A program made the position numbers and the translations under genes. Positions 40,183 to 55,386 of a DNA stretch of 64,000 nucleotides are shown here, piece by piece (position 1 is the first letter of the stretch; every line of letters starts with the position of its first letter). The notes under the pieces were generated by a model that saw only the letters and a list, made by a program, of their open reading frames with translations, made no database searches and was not told the origin of the DNA. Origin of the DNA: Octopus sinensis (lineage: Eukaryota). The stretch is taken from contig NC_043012.1 of the NCBI RefSeq assembly GCF_006345805.1, positions 39,866,001-39,930,000 on the forward strand. The letters run 5' to 3'.

Positions 40183-40265
<83 letters not shown>

Positions 40266-40355
40266 TATATATATTAGACAGACAGACGGGGATATATATA
40301 TAGGTAGGTAGCCATCCACACATACTAAACTACACACAGAAAGCGAAAAAAATAA

Positions 40356-40437
<82 letters not shown>

Positions 40438-41076
40438 TGATTGATTGATTTATCTACATACATACATAATTCATTTGTCCTATTAATTCTTAGAAGTTTA
40501 TTCCATTCCATCCAAATTATATTCCGATGACAGGATTTACAGATCCAACCATCGCCGTAATGGCTGTACGCTTCCATAATCACACGGCCAACTGCGATGT
40601 GCTAAACACATGAATATTCGCTGTTTTATCATCAGACGGAATGAACGGGCAAACAGACAGATCGACTGACAGACAGACAGACGGATATTGTTTAAAGTCA
40701 AGTGGAATATTTGAGATTGTCTTTTGGCAATGCCACCACCATCAGGAACTTCAGTTGAAGCAACTTTAGGAAGAGAAAGAAAAAAGCCATTATTCCGTTT
40801 CCTTTTATTAGAGTTATTATTGGTGTTGTTTAGCATCAAGAGAGCTTTAAACGACCAGTTCCGTGATTAAAGGCGGGCTAACTATGACCCTTCCATTTTA
40901 TTATACAACGTTGGATATCTAAAACAGCATTACTACCTTGTGATAAGCGAATGTGGTATAATTTAAAGGGTTAATTGGCAGTTATTTCTAGCGTGATGTG
41001 CGACCACATAGTGTGTGTATGTGTGTGTGTTATATAATGTTACATATATAAATATATGTTAGATAGACAGATAGAT

Positions 41077-41175
<99 letters not shown>

Positions 41176-41988
41176 CAGATAGATAGATGAACACACGTGT
41201 ATGTAAAATATTATTATACATATGATACGTAATACGAAATAGATATCCTGTAGTTGGAACGAGAATATAATTTTAGCGTAATAACTTTATTAAAGAACTC
41301 AGAAACAGAAAATATTCATAAAAGAGAATGAATGCATTACCAAAACAGCGAATAGCATGTAGCATGAAGGAAAGTCGTGTTATCCATCCATAGAAAAATC
41401 TGTGTATCTACATACGTATACAATAACCATCAGACGCGCATTATCCGGTTCTCCGAAGTCAATAAGTAAAGGAACTGGAATATAATCAGAATTTAAATAT
41501 ATTCATTTGAAATACTTAAAAATCTAGAATTGCCTGTAAGTAGGCAATACATTTAAACATTCGATATTGGATTCACAGATATCTGCTCTCGTTCATTAAT
41601 GCACATCCTGACCGATAATTTTCAATGAATTTAATTTAATTTGCAAAAATCAATGATAAATGCGAATTGCCATGTGGTTTGTCAGGCGAAATTACAATGT
41701 CTAAATATAATTGAATGGGAATAAAACACTCTGGCAAATGTTATATTCATACACAAAAGTACATTTTATCACTTTGACTGTGTTTAAGCAAGATATTCTG
41801 CCAACCACGGTGCATCGAGGCAAACCTCTGTTTGCATTTATCTGAAATTCTTTATTATCTTTTGTTATATTTGAAAATACTTTCCTTCTTGAGTAAAATT
41901 ATAACTTGGTTTTACTTTCCTAAATAACAACAAAAACAACGATAACAACATCTAGTAGGAAGATAGATAGAGAGAGAGAGAGAAAGAT

Positions 41989-42089
<101 letters not shown>

Positions 42090-42418
42090 GCGTAGGAATT
42101 ATGTGTACAAATAGATGTACGCCTGTAAATGTTACGTTGAGAGCTCCATCTAGATTATCCTAATCCAGTCTGCTTCCTGTATAGTTGTTAAGTAACTTTC
42201 TATACTAAGTAGTATTACTATTTATAAGCTACTGAGCAAATGTAGGTGAAATAATGATAAGCACAAGTTTCTATTACAGTTCCTACGAGCGTTCCACCAT
42301 TATGGTAGTCTGGATTGCTGCAACGGGTGTTCCGGGTGCATTTATTGATACACGCTCAACCACAACTGATCATTACGGATCTAAACGATCATAATAGTGA
42401 AATACGCGTAGGAACTAC

Positions 42419-42489
<71 letters not shown>

Positions 42490-42969
42490 TATCGATTTCG
42501 CTTATGCTTAGCGGTACTAATTACTAGTTGTTAGAACTCGATACAATATTAATGAATGAATGACAAAGGAACAGGAGTTGCATAATCTCGTTCATTAACT
42601 TGCGGCTGTTTCTACTATATAAAGCTTTCGCTCAGAGTTCAGTGCTCGTGTGACGCCTTATTTCTTCTTCAAAGCCATAGAAATGATTCACCGTTGGTTT
42701 CACCAATGAACGTGTAGTCGTTCGTCCAACTGAAGTACTGATTCACGTGTAAGATATAATGTATTTTTAATTCTCACTCAGTTCAGCGAAAACATTGTAT
42801 GTCAAGGTGGTGTCTTTGAATCACGAATGCAATCCATCCGACACTTTTTCAGATTCCGTCCCGCACCCAATTTCACTCAAAAAGTATTGGGTCCACACTA
42901 ACCCCTCAGGCCCTACACAAACCATTCCTCCCCTCCGTGAACATCGGTTCTATGGAAATCCTTTTCTTA

Positions 42970-43190
42970 TTTCTTTATTGCCCACAAGGGGCTAAACATA
43001 GAGGGGCCAAACAAGGACAGACAAAGCAATTAAGTCAATTACATCGACCCCAGTGCGTAACTGGTACTTAATTTATCGACCCCAAAAGGATGAAAGGCAA
43101 AGTCGACCGCGGTGGAATTTGAACTCAGCGGCAGACGAAATGCGGCTACGCATTTCGCCCGGCGTGCTAACGTTTCTGCCAGCTCGCCGC
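42970..43190 (-). mobile_element. SINE family B variant with an alternative 3' tail
   Basis: Family B head and body, but the tail is TTTGTCTGTCCTTGTTTGGCCCCTCTATGTTTAGCCCCTTGTGGGCAATAAAGAAA; no (AAT)n flanks. Confidence 0.85.
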
Positions 43191-44432
43191 TCTTCTATAG
43201 GAATCCTTTTCTGCACAGGTTTTTCTTGTATCCATCGATTTTCAAGAGTTGAGCGTTAACTACATCAATGTTGGTGGACCATATATATAAGCCATGCTCA
43301 GGACAATTCCCTATCTCATTATTTTCATCAACTAATAAGTTTAAACAATCACAAAAACTATGAAATATGTCTTCTTATGCCTCCACATAATGGTAATTCC
43401 TATTTTATCTACTCAAGATATTAACATCATCATTGTAGAATAAATCTAGACACCAGATTTGAAGCCCTGGGATTATTTAATAGAAATGGTGACAGTGCAA
43501 TACATATTTCTGTGCCGACAACATTCACCATATTCAATAAAAACCATTTAAAAGAAGTAATTGTGAGAAATCTCACGCAGGTGTTTAAAGAAACATAAGT
43601 TTTGCCGTTCCACTGCAAGAATTGGTCAATTATCCCTGGAAGTGCGAAAAAAAGTAGAGGAAAACTTTGCGAGTCATACAAAATTCAAATGTTTTAGTTC
43701 AGTAAGCAGAACTCGTGACATTACCAAGCGAAGTTTATACAAGATGATGCCATCCCAGCGGATTATGACCATGCAGAAGTTCTTCGCCACAATCAATTAA
43801 TTACACATGAGGATAAAGGAAAGCGTTTACAATTTTCCTAATGGAATCTGAATAATTAAAAGTCGCTTGCTGATATTTGTGGCCTAATAAATCCAACGTT
43901 CTTCTCGGTGTTTCGGTTAATCGCTTTCATTGCATCAGTTTGTCTCATGAATATTCAGACCAAGCGTTGCCATTGCACCTTCAACATTTTAATAACAGCA
44001 TTTTACATCTTTAAAGGATGCCATGTATATTTATAATGAATAAAATATAAACAGGAATTACGTAGGCTTGAGTTCATGAATATGTTCCCATCTTTCTCTT
44101 TCCTGATTGGTTAAAATTAGTAGTTTATCAAAACTAAGGATTTTCTCACATTCTACATATATGTACGCATGTCTGTATATATATATATGTGTGTGTGTGT
44201 GTGTGGTACACATAAATATGTACATAAGCAGGTATAGATTCATATATTTAAAATATATCTATATGTATACGTCCATATATATGTTTGAACGCATGTATAT
44301 ATATATATATACACACATTTAATATTTTTTGTCTGTAAATGCGGGGGGGTGCATACACACATACATACACACATACATGCATACATACATATATATATAT
44401 ACATATATATATATTATATATTTATATGTATG

Positions 44433-44507
<75 letters not shown>

Positions 44508-44540
44508 TAGATATATATATATATATGTATATATAATATG

Positions 44541-44624
<84 letters not shown>

Positions 44625-44989
44625 AATTGTATTAATCTTAATGACATTGGAAAGCCGAATCTAAATGAAGAACTCAATGCCTTGGAGACAGAGAAATGGA
44701 TAATTATTTCGAAGAATGCTTACAAAATTGTTTCTTTCCAAATTAGAAACCGTTAGAGCATTAAGTTAATGATGGTGAAATAGCGTATCTCTAATATCTT
44801 CTTCTTCATTGGCAGCCATTATATTATATATTAGATATTTCACCATCATTTATTTAATGCCCTGACGATTTCTAATTAAGAAAAAACAAGTCTCTAAGCA
44901 TTCTACTATGTGTGTAAATGTCTGTGTTATATCTATGCATATATATGTATAGTATGACGTGTATATATAATGTGCACATATATATATAT

Positions 44990-45037
<48 letters not shown>

Positions 45038-47156
45038 GTGTGTGTGTGTGTGTGTGTGCGTTGTTCGCAGTTATGTGTGTGTATGATGACTGACTTTTGG
45101 ATTCTTTACCATTTTCACTCATGAATTCATTAGTCCTGAGCTCTCTCCTCGCAATATCTGTCATTATTTTTCTCACATGTTTTTCGATAATACTTCACAT
45201 GAAGTCTTCCATTATAACATTCCATCAAGTGTGTATCCGTTTTTCCCCACCTCATCACTTATCGTCCACGTGCATCATAAGTGCGGTCATGTCTCGCATA
45301 TTTCAGCTGAGTCCGTTCATTCCCAACCGCTTTCTTACCTCTGACTTGTGCTTTACTTTTCAGTTAATTAGGCATTTCACATCCATCAAATCATTCATAA
45401 TAGCGATGGGAAATCTGTACTTGCTAGAACTAACTACCAAATCTCCTATACCAAGTGTGTCAAACACATTTGGCTTTGTGGGCCGGACTGAAGCAGAAAA
45501 AATCTTACGAGTGGATAGGAGCAATTATTCCTAAAAGCCCAATTCATAATGCAGGCCAGATTAAATGAGTAAAACGGATCAAAATACACTACAAATAACA
45601 ATAAAGGTGCATATGAGGCGTTACGATATTTTGTGTGAGAAAAATTCGTCCACATTTTAAAAGTACGGTTCTATTAAGTAGTAGTGTTTTAAATTAGAAG
45701 GGAGATATAGTTCAAAGGAAGGCCTACAATTCTTTAAGAAGACTAATGTTTGATGGAAAGCTGCCACTGTTCTTGCCGCAAAATTTTTCAATGTTTTTCA
45801 TATCACTAGGCTCCATTAGGAAGGACGCATGCGTAAATTTGAAACATAAACCTTTGTTTACCTCATATATCAACAAAATGAAGGGTAAATAAGTCACATC
45901 TTTTAGCATACGGATTCATAAACTTCTTTTTCATTGGTTGAGATTACAAAGGAATGTAACCTGTTAATCGCAACTCTAGTAGAATTCCGACCCTAAACGC
46001 ATGCTAAAGACGGGTATTTTACAGAATATTGTAAAATTTTAAGAAGAGATGTCGGAGAGGAGAAATAAAGATGTCGGATCCCAGGCTGTATGATTGACAA
46101 CCTTGTTCGACAGATTTTCCAGAGAGAAGTAACACTGCATAATATAATCCAAGATATGCTATAAAGAAGGAAAAACAGGATGGTCGAGGTCGGAAAGGCT
46201 TTGGTTATATTTCCGCTTAGCTATTTTGGGTAACCAACAATAACAACAGATACTTTAATTGTACTCATCCCGCCAACACTGTATCGTATTAATTAAATGA
46301 TATATAAAGCACGGTCAGGGAGCCATCTGCAGTGTGTGTAGAGTTTCAATTTGGTGGGTGCTCCTACTGATTAACCTGTGTATAATATACATACATATAT
46401 GGGTGTGTGCTTTAGATACACACACGCACACACATATTCACGCATCCATGCATACACATACGCATATCTTACCTCTCAAATTTCTTTGAATTTTTTAAAA
46501 GAACCTGACAATGTTCGTTTGAACCTGTTCCCCGCGCGTGTGTGTGTGTGTATACACACATATATATATATATATATACATGCTCGTGCATGTATATATA
46601 TATTTGTATGTATGAGTATATATATATATACATCCATGCATGCATGTAGTTGTTTTATATACTCTATAATTTGTTGTTTGATTTTCTTGACTTTAATGGA
46701 ATTTAATAGAATTTTTATGAAAGAATTTAGAGGCTATTAAACTAATTGAATCTGGAAATATTCACAGGTGGTTTATGCTGTTGTTTTTATTTTTGATTGA
46801 ATTTTTGATTTTCCAACATTCTATATCACAATATATTTATAATTTTAACATTATTTTATTTTTCCCCTTATTTTTGGTGGTGCTATAATTTTTTTTTTTT
46901 TTTATATTTAAATTCAAATAAATTACAGCGTCATTATACAATAACTGAATGGAACAAATAGAATTCTCGCAGAATATCTTTTTTTTTTAATTTAAAGAAA
47001 AAAATATTATAGAAGTAAATGGTATTTTTATCTGCTGAGAAGCAATAGGCATTTAGAATACATTTTTCAAACCATTCTTGGCAGTTTGAATCTTTTAAAG
47101 CATGAAATGGAATTTGTTTTGTTTCTTGTTTCCCCATAATTTCGCTTTATTTCTCG

Positions 47157-47460
47157 CAACAACAACAACAACAACAATAATAATAATATATAATAATAAT
47201 AATAATATAATAATAATAATAATATAATATAATAATAATAAATAATAATAATGATAATAATAATATAATAATAATAATAATAATAATAATATAATAATAA
47301 TAATGATAATAATAATAATAATAATATAATAATAATAATAATAATATAATAATAATATAATAATAATATAATAATAATAATAATAATAATATATAATATA
47401 ATAATAATAAATAATAATAATAATAATAAATAATAATAATAATAATAATAATAATAATTA
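47157..47460. repeat. (AAC)n/(AAT)n microsatellite
   Basis: Direct tandem repeat. Confidence 0.95.
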
Positions 47461-48004
47461 AAAATCGAATCAAATGTTTTAAAAAACCAAGACTGGAATA
47501 AAATCAGGTGTAGGAGGCAGTGACGGCTGGGGTAGTCATCAAAAAGATTTCTCCCACCCCCACCAAGATAAAAAGAAAAGAAAGAAGGAAAGATATCTTT
47601 TGTACTGTTCTTAAAAGTGGACAAAATACTCTTAGAGAACGAAACGGCGGTTGTTATTGCTGTTTTGTATTGAAAATGTTGTGTTTTAATGATGGAACAA
47701 CTGAACTTAAGAATTTATCTTATATTCTTGGTTTTGTTCTGGGTTTTTTTTTGTGGTGGATGGGGTTGGATGGAACGCTTGTAGTGATATATGGAAAAGA
47801 AAACAATGAAATTAGGCGTGTGTTTGTGTTGTGTGTGTGTGTACGTGTCTGTTTGTACATGTGTCTTTCTCTCTTCGAACGACAGCGTGTGTGTGTGTGT
47901 GTGTCTCCATGTAAGTGTACCTCACCGTGTGTCGTGTTTGATTGTGTGTGTGTGTGTGTGTTCTCTGTGTGTCTCTCCCCGTGTGTTTGTGTTTTTCTGT
48001 TACT

Positions 48005-48122
48005 CTGTGTCTGTGTATTCCTCTCCATGTGTGTGTGTGTGTGTTCTTTGTGTATTCCTCTCCATGTGTGTGTGTGTGTGTTCTTTGTGTATTCCTCTCC
48101 ATGTGTGTGTGTGTGTGTGTGT
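48005..48122. repeat. ~37-39 bp minisatellite with embedded (GT)n
   Basis: TGTATTCCTCTCCA(TG)n repeated three times. Confidence 0.85.
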
Positions 48123-48824
48123 ATGCGCGCTCGAGTTTGTGTTTGTGTCAGAAAGTAAAAGTTACAAATAAGACAGAAATACGTAAAGGACAAAAACCTT
48201 CAAAAACCTAAATTTCCAATCCTTGCAGACTAATTGTCTTTAACCAGAACTTCCAGAATTGGATTGGGTTTCTCTGAAACATTTAAAACCTCTTTCTTGT
48301 TTTGTTTGTTTTTTGTTTTGATTTTTCACAGGAAAATAATTAACTTATTATGGTTTTCTCATTTCCTCTTTGCCTTTTATAATTAGATTTTCATCTCATA
48401 ATATTTTTTTGCTGTTGTTGTTTTCGGTTCGAGGGTTCTCTTTGGCTTACCTAAAACTCCAGACTCTCCTTATATAAACACCCCCGACCAGGAACCAAAA
48501 GTGGAGGTTGAATATCGTCGCTAGAAATACCTAGTAATGCTCTCTCCAATCACACATCTATCATCTTAAAGCAGGATGGACATGATCCATAGTTTATTCC
48601 TAATAATACTGTGTTATTAATAAGCACAGTATGGTCACGGTTGAAACAATATTAATTTTTGACTAGTATATACACATATATACATATGTAAATATCTCTA
48701 TATCTATGCAAACGTAGATATGTGTGTGTGTGAGTGTGTATGTATATATAGATATATAGATATAGTGTGTATGTATATATAGATATTTGTAGATGTATGT
48801 ATATATACATATATTCACATACTT

Positions 48825-49061
48825 TCTCTTTACTCTTTTACTTGTTTCAGTCATTTGACTGTGACCATGCTGGAGCACCGCCTTTAGTCGAGCAAATCGA
48901 CCCCAGGACTTATTCTTTGTAAGCCCAGTACCTATTCTATCGGTCTCTTTTGCCGAACCGCTAAGTTACGGGGACGTAAATACACCAGCATCGGTTGTCA
49001 AGTGATGATGGGGTGGGGGACAAACATAGACACACAAACACACACACACACACACACACAC

Positions 49062-49138
<77 letters not shown>

Positions 49139-49304
49139 TACGACGGGCTTCTTTCAGTTTCTGTCTACCAAATCCACTCACAAGGCTTTGGTCTACCCCA
49201 GGCTATAGTAGAAGACACTTACCCAAGGTGCCACGCAGTGGTACTGAACCCGGAACCATGTGGTTGGTAAGCAAGCTACTTACCACACAGCCGCTCCTGC
49301 ACCT
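48825..49304 (-). mobile_element. SINE family A, full length
   Basis: Near-consensus copy with an expanded internal (CA)/(TA) tract. Confidence 0.92.
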
Positions 49305-51205
49305 ATATATGTATGTATATACTCATAGGAAACCTAATCACCGTTCTACCCACTAGCTTTAATTAGAAACTGAGGAACTTACATAGATCGAAATATCTTC
49401 GACAGGGTTGCACAGCATGATAAGAAAATGTCAGCATCGAGTGATATTAAGTGAAGAGCTGTGTATATGGAGCATTCAACCGCCTTCCCGGAATAGAGTT
49501 AAGGAGAGAAAATATTCTGGTTAATCCTTCGATCAACCGACATCTTCCTACGAACATAATCAAGAATATTTTATCCCCGAACAGGTAACACCACCGAAAC
49601 TGTCATAAAAGCCAGAATCCGTTTAAGGGCATAATGTTATGGTTAGATATACTTGCATAGAAAATATGGCTTGCAACTAAGTTAGCTGCAACAGAAAGAA
49701 GCCCGCATATCGCAGACTTCAACTCAGCCACAGTATCTGAAACTGAAGAAATCGGTTCGTTTGTTGACCAAGAGGATTTTGTGCTACCAAGGCAGTGAAC
49801 AAAATGATGATTCTCACTCCAAATGAACGTATCCCTAGGAGTTATGCATGACTTACAACCAATAACTAAGAAGGGTCACTAAGCAAGCACTTTAATTTAG
49901 AGAGAAGGACTACTCTACTTTGGCGTTCCGCCCATCTACCAGCTTCGGCATCTGTGAAAGGATTTGCTAAGTATTATCTAGGATATTCTCGATAAGGCTC
50001 TTCTGTATTGACCCGGAACACGCAACTGCTGTTTTTTATCTCCATGAGAAACTGCATATTTTACTGCCTTCAGCTGGGAGTGGTGAGATGTGTAAATAAC
50101 AAGGAGGATGACTGTAAGTTGATTTTTAGTAATCTATTGTGAATACTAAAAACTTGTATGGAACGTTGAATTCCACCAAAACTTCTAACAAAGGCAAGGC
50201 TGGTTACTCCTAGCCATTAGAACTAAATTGTTTTTCATTTAACCAGCCGTTCACCAGCATCGATCGAGTTATTGATTTCAGCACGTGACTCGAAATGACC
50301 AATGAGAACGACCCATACTCTTCTTCTAATCACAATCATCATTATTTAGTTGTGGTTACCTTGCAGATCATTATTAAAGAGTTCGGATGATCAGACGTGC
50401 TTTTTGCATCTGTGAAACTTTTGCTGATTCAAATCTGAATCGAGCTTTCAGTGAAAATATTGACTTCCACTGCGAATGCACGTGCGGTTTGCTTGTGTGC
50501 TTGTATGCGTGCATGTATATATATATATATATGCTATGCACATACCACATATACAGCGTACACACAATCATATGCTTATAACATACATACATGTGTGTGT
50601 GTGTGCGCGCGCGCGCGCGTGTGTGTGTGTGTATATAGCAAGTAGCAGAGCATCGTTTTCCAGGTTCGTAAACAAATTAATAGCTTAAAGTAATTACACC
50701 AACAATTAAAAAACATATCTTAATCTCTTTTCAGCTCGATTCTGATTTTGTATTTCTAATTTCCATTTTTTTTTTTTTTATCTGATTGCCGAAGTATGGC
50801 AGCACTGTCTGGGGATTAGATTTCAGACGGAACTGCGCTTTAGAAAACGTTGTCGATGTTTGTTATAAAGAAAGAAAATTTACATACGGCTGCCGTGATG
50901 TGTGTAACGTGTTTTAATTATATGCACAACATGGGAACAGAAAATATGAAAGCGAAAAGACATGAGAACTTTAAATATAAACAAATAAACTTGTATCATA
51001 TTTTGCCTGTATTTGTAAACTAACACAACCGATATGTGCTACCTTATTAAATAAGACTATAAATTGGAGTCTAACAAACAGCTACAAATCTAATAACTGT
51101 GTAATACAAATTAATTTATATATATAAATATAGATAGATAATGCGTATATGTATCACTCACATACACACACACATATACATATATGTATGTATATGTCAC
51201 ATATT

Positions 51206-51278
<73 letters not shown>

Positions 51279-53252
51279 CATATATATATATATATCATAC
51301 ATACACATATTTATATGTATATATGTGTATGTATGTATATAAATATATGTATATTTATATACATATATACATACATACATATGACAGTTTGTTTCAGTTA
51401 GTCACTTCTGGTTGGATTTGAACGCGGAATATAGAGAGATGTAAATAACTATGGAATGTGATGTGTTATGACTTTGGCTCTGCAAATTTTGGGGACGGCA
51501 GAGATGATTTTATCGCCCCCCCCCCTTACTTCACTGTTGCTATATTTTATCGATCACAAGAGAGAAAATTAAAGCTGACCTTAGCTCGATTTGAACTCAA
51601 AACATCAAGAAACGTAACTAATTTTGTCATATAATTATTGTAAATAGTTTTCCTCATGTTTAAGTTTACGTCACGATCGTTAGTTTCGTATGTAGAGCCA
51701 GTGACACTTAGACACTGATTCGTGCTTGAATTTAAATTTGATTTTATGGAACTACAAACATTTGAAATATATTTTGTAGTACGCAGAGATTAGTTACATC
51801 CTAATATGAACTTTCAGCTGTGAGGCTTATTTACTCAGACAAACAGATACAGGCAGACACACATACGCATACATGCACGCATGCGCTATCGCACACATCT
51901 ATGTACAAGTATGCCTGCTACATTTCAAATTATTTTTGTAAAAGAAGCAGTGTGCTCCTTAACATATCAGTTACTATATAATTCCAAGTAGTGGAATAAA
52001 GAATCAGCTAAATATATCTATACTCTATATCGTGTATTGAGCACTTTTTGTCTGTCAGTCATATCCAATGACGAACAGAAAAGTATTCAAAAACCAGAAT
52101 AGATTGTATAAATTACAGTCAGTGTGTTGTAGCTGATGCCCTAAGTTCTATGTTAACAGCAGGTTTGTCAACAGTCAACAGTCGGTTGCTAAACCGATTC
52201 TTCGATGTAGTGTGCTGGATAAACAAGAACAGAAGATATGCATGCTTATTTTAATATACATACACACAAACGACTTCTATTAAAAGGTTTTTTAAACCAG
52301 CATTTATTAGGTTGTTATTCATAGCTTTATCTACTACGACATGTCGTTTCGTTTATGCCTTTTATCTATCATTTTATAAAATTATTTCTCTGAAATTGAA
52401 TCTTGCTTATTTCATTGTGCACTTGGCTAAACACATCACAAACAGATGCCCTGAAAATGCCCGGACGTCTCAAGATATTTAGACTCAGTGAAAGAGAGAG
52501 AGAGAGAAAAAAAAAGAGGGAGTGTGTTTGTGTGTGTGTGTGTGTATGTGCAACCTATTTATATATATAGCCTATTTAACTCGATCTAGTAACCTGTTAC
52601 TCTGTAATTTCCCCGATGTATTGGAGAAAAATCCAGAAGTGTCTCAACTGGACCAGCCTAAATGCTAAACTCTACAATGGCGTTCAGCACTTTCCAGCGT
52701 TCTTTAAGAACCAAAGCGCACACGCACGCACTCACACCATACTACATGCACACCACAAACACAGTTATACACAACACATACATCCACAGAGCAAGGAAAG
52801 TGTGTTGTGATTGTTTCTCCATTGTTGAAGTTCTGAAAAACAATTCTATCGGTCAAAATATGTGTAAAGCAACTGAAATTTGGTCGGCAGCGACGTTGCT
52901 GTGTGTCTGGTCATTGTGGCGACTCCAGCGTTACGCTTCGATAAATCATGTGTTGCAGGCGGAAAATAATTTTTCCTTTTTCACCGTCTATGGCCCATCA
53001 ATTATATACTACAACTACTGCTAATCGATTACAGCGCCACACTACTACTGCAACTCTCTCTCTCTCTCTCTCCTTCTCTCTCACCCCCTCACTCTCCATC
53101 TCTCTATCTCTCTCTCTCTCCACACACGCACACATTTATTTAGATATCCTTTTCATTCGATCTCTCGGTCTATTTTTTTAGAAATTCTTCTTTGAAACAT
53201 TGTTCTTTCTAATGAATACCGTTCCATTCTTTCTGCTTCTTTACATTAAGAG

Positions 53253-53305
<53 letters not shown>

Positions 53306-53789
53306 GTCTGTCTATCTATCTATCTACCTCTCGCTCTCTCTCTCTCTATATATATATATATACATATGTGTGTTTATGTATGTTTGTACGTGTGTGTGTG
53401 GGTGTGTGCTGTCAATGGAGTTATAATTATTCTTTAGATATGGATTTCGCTTTACTATCATGCATTATAATGCATTATTCCTGTTTGTATTATTGTTCCC
53501 TTTTTATTAGCCCAAGGTCAGATTTCAATAGAACTGACCTTATGCTTCCATCCATGCCCAACCTATCTATTTCTAAGGCTAGCTTACACGATATGCCATT
53601 TCATTTTCAAAAACGGCAGAGCATGGTTTTAGAGGGAGATTTGGTTGCTATTTCTACCAGGTTGATTGCACAAGATTCCACTTTGTGGATCCGGAATTTC
53701 TTTATGGTTCCCCATAAATTTCTTGAAAGATAGTCCATCATGGTTGGAATAGAGAGAAGCTCTATTTTCCCCACAAGTGTGATCGCACT

Positions 53790-54190
53790 GCTTACACAGC
53801 TTCCCGTGACTTTGTCGCCATCTAATTCTTTAGCTCATCCTATTCGGCCTGATGCAGGTCTTGGCTTATTGTCCCCTACCAGCTCTTCCTTGTGTAACCT
53901 CTCACAAAAGAACTTCACCAACAATTTCATCTTTTGCTCTCCAGTAATACCCTGCGGATCGGATTCTAAACGCTTTGCGAAAGTCTGATGCTGCACAAAG
54001 GTTGTCGATCACTCCTGGTGGCCTGCAACACCACTCTTAGCATGCGAGTGCAGGGTCTGTCCGCTCTTCTTTCCAATTCTGGGGTAAGAGTCTATACTGA
54101 ACAGCCATACAACAGAACAGAGGTAAAAGGTGTCTGAAACAGGTTCCTTTTCAGATCCTTTAGAAATCTAGATTTCCACCAAGTTTTACC
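53790..54190 (-). mobile_element. degenerate RTE-like LINE fragment (C-terminal to RT)
   Basis: Minus strand gives WKS...LKRNLF...SVLLYGCSV*TLTPELERR...CTRMLR...AGYYWRAKDEIVGEVLL*E...GRG. Confidence 0.75.
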
Positions 54191-54265
54191 AAGTTTAAAA
54201 TTATCTATTTTTAAACAGTGGTACACAGTCTTTTAAGACATATTTCATCTGTCCTCTCTCTCTCA

Positions 54266-54301
<36 letters not shown>

Positions 54302-55091
54302 CTCTTTCTTTCTCTCTCTCTCTTTCTCTTTCTCGCTCTTTCTCTCTCTCATTGTTTGCAAGACAGTAGGAATCTCACATTTTACAAACTACTTTAAAAT
54401 AAACCAGGAATTGAAAATTTAAACAATACGAAAATGGTTAAAAATAGCAACATTTTGCAGTTTGGCAAAGTGGAAAACGATGCCTACTAAAAGGTGCATC
54501 ATTGCTTACAATGTCTTATTCAATTCTTTTTGTTGTTGTTTTTCTTTTGTTCTGTTAAGAGAATGTGGATTTTAACAGAAACATAACATTCTCGAAATAG
54601 GCATAAAAATGGCCAAAAATTGGAAATTCTATAAAACCAAAATATATAATTTAAAACATGCTACACCTTTTAACATACATCAGTTTCAACTTTGCTCATG
54701 CGCGAAAATTGATGTTTATTCACTCAAACACGCACACAACCTCCGACTTGTTAGAATGTACAATTTCTGGCCATTTTAAAGCAGTTTATAAAATTCCTGC
54801 TAAAATACTGTCTGTCAATCAAATACAAAAACATGAGAAGAGATTTTTTCAAGAGATACAATATCTGCTGTATCTGCTGTACCTTGTTGCTTACATCACT
54901 CTCGAATTCTCTCACTATGTGTGTGGGGGGGTGTGCGTGTGTAAATGCATATATGTTGTTATATATACATACGAATATTCATGTATGTGTGCATGTTGTG
55001 TGTATATATACATACACACACACATATCTATATGCCTATATACATACATACATGGACACACACACACATATATATATACTTATATACTTAC

Positions 55092-55136
<45 letters not shown>

Positions 55137-55352
55137 GAAAGGAGGTACTCAGAAAATGGGATGGTTTATATTTACAGATATTTATTTGTATATAACATTT
55201 TTTATACATCATATAACTTAAATCATGTATTAGCGCTTTCTCCCATTCTAGTGGGGTTTTCAAATCAAACTAAGTTCCTGTGTGAAAAGTGTAATTTAAT
55301 TATTCATTTTGAATTGATGAAAGGTGGTTTTTTTCTGATGTTTTATATATAA

Positions 55353-55386
<34 letters not shown>

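Noticed and set aside
45097-45534. 145-aa ORF
   Set aside because: No recognisable domain; the opposite strand has only a faint resemblance to a decayed RTE LINE end, too weak to call.
48005-48122. CRISPR-like repeat-spacer pattern
   Set aside because: The spacers are just (GT)n, the context is eukaryotic and there are no cas genes.
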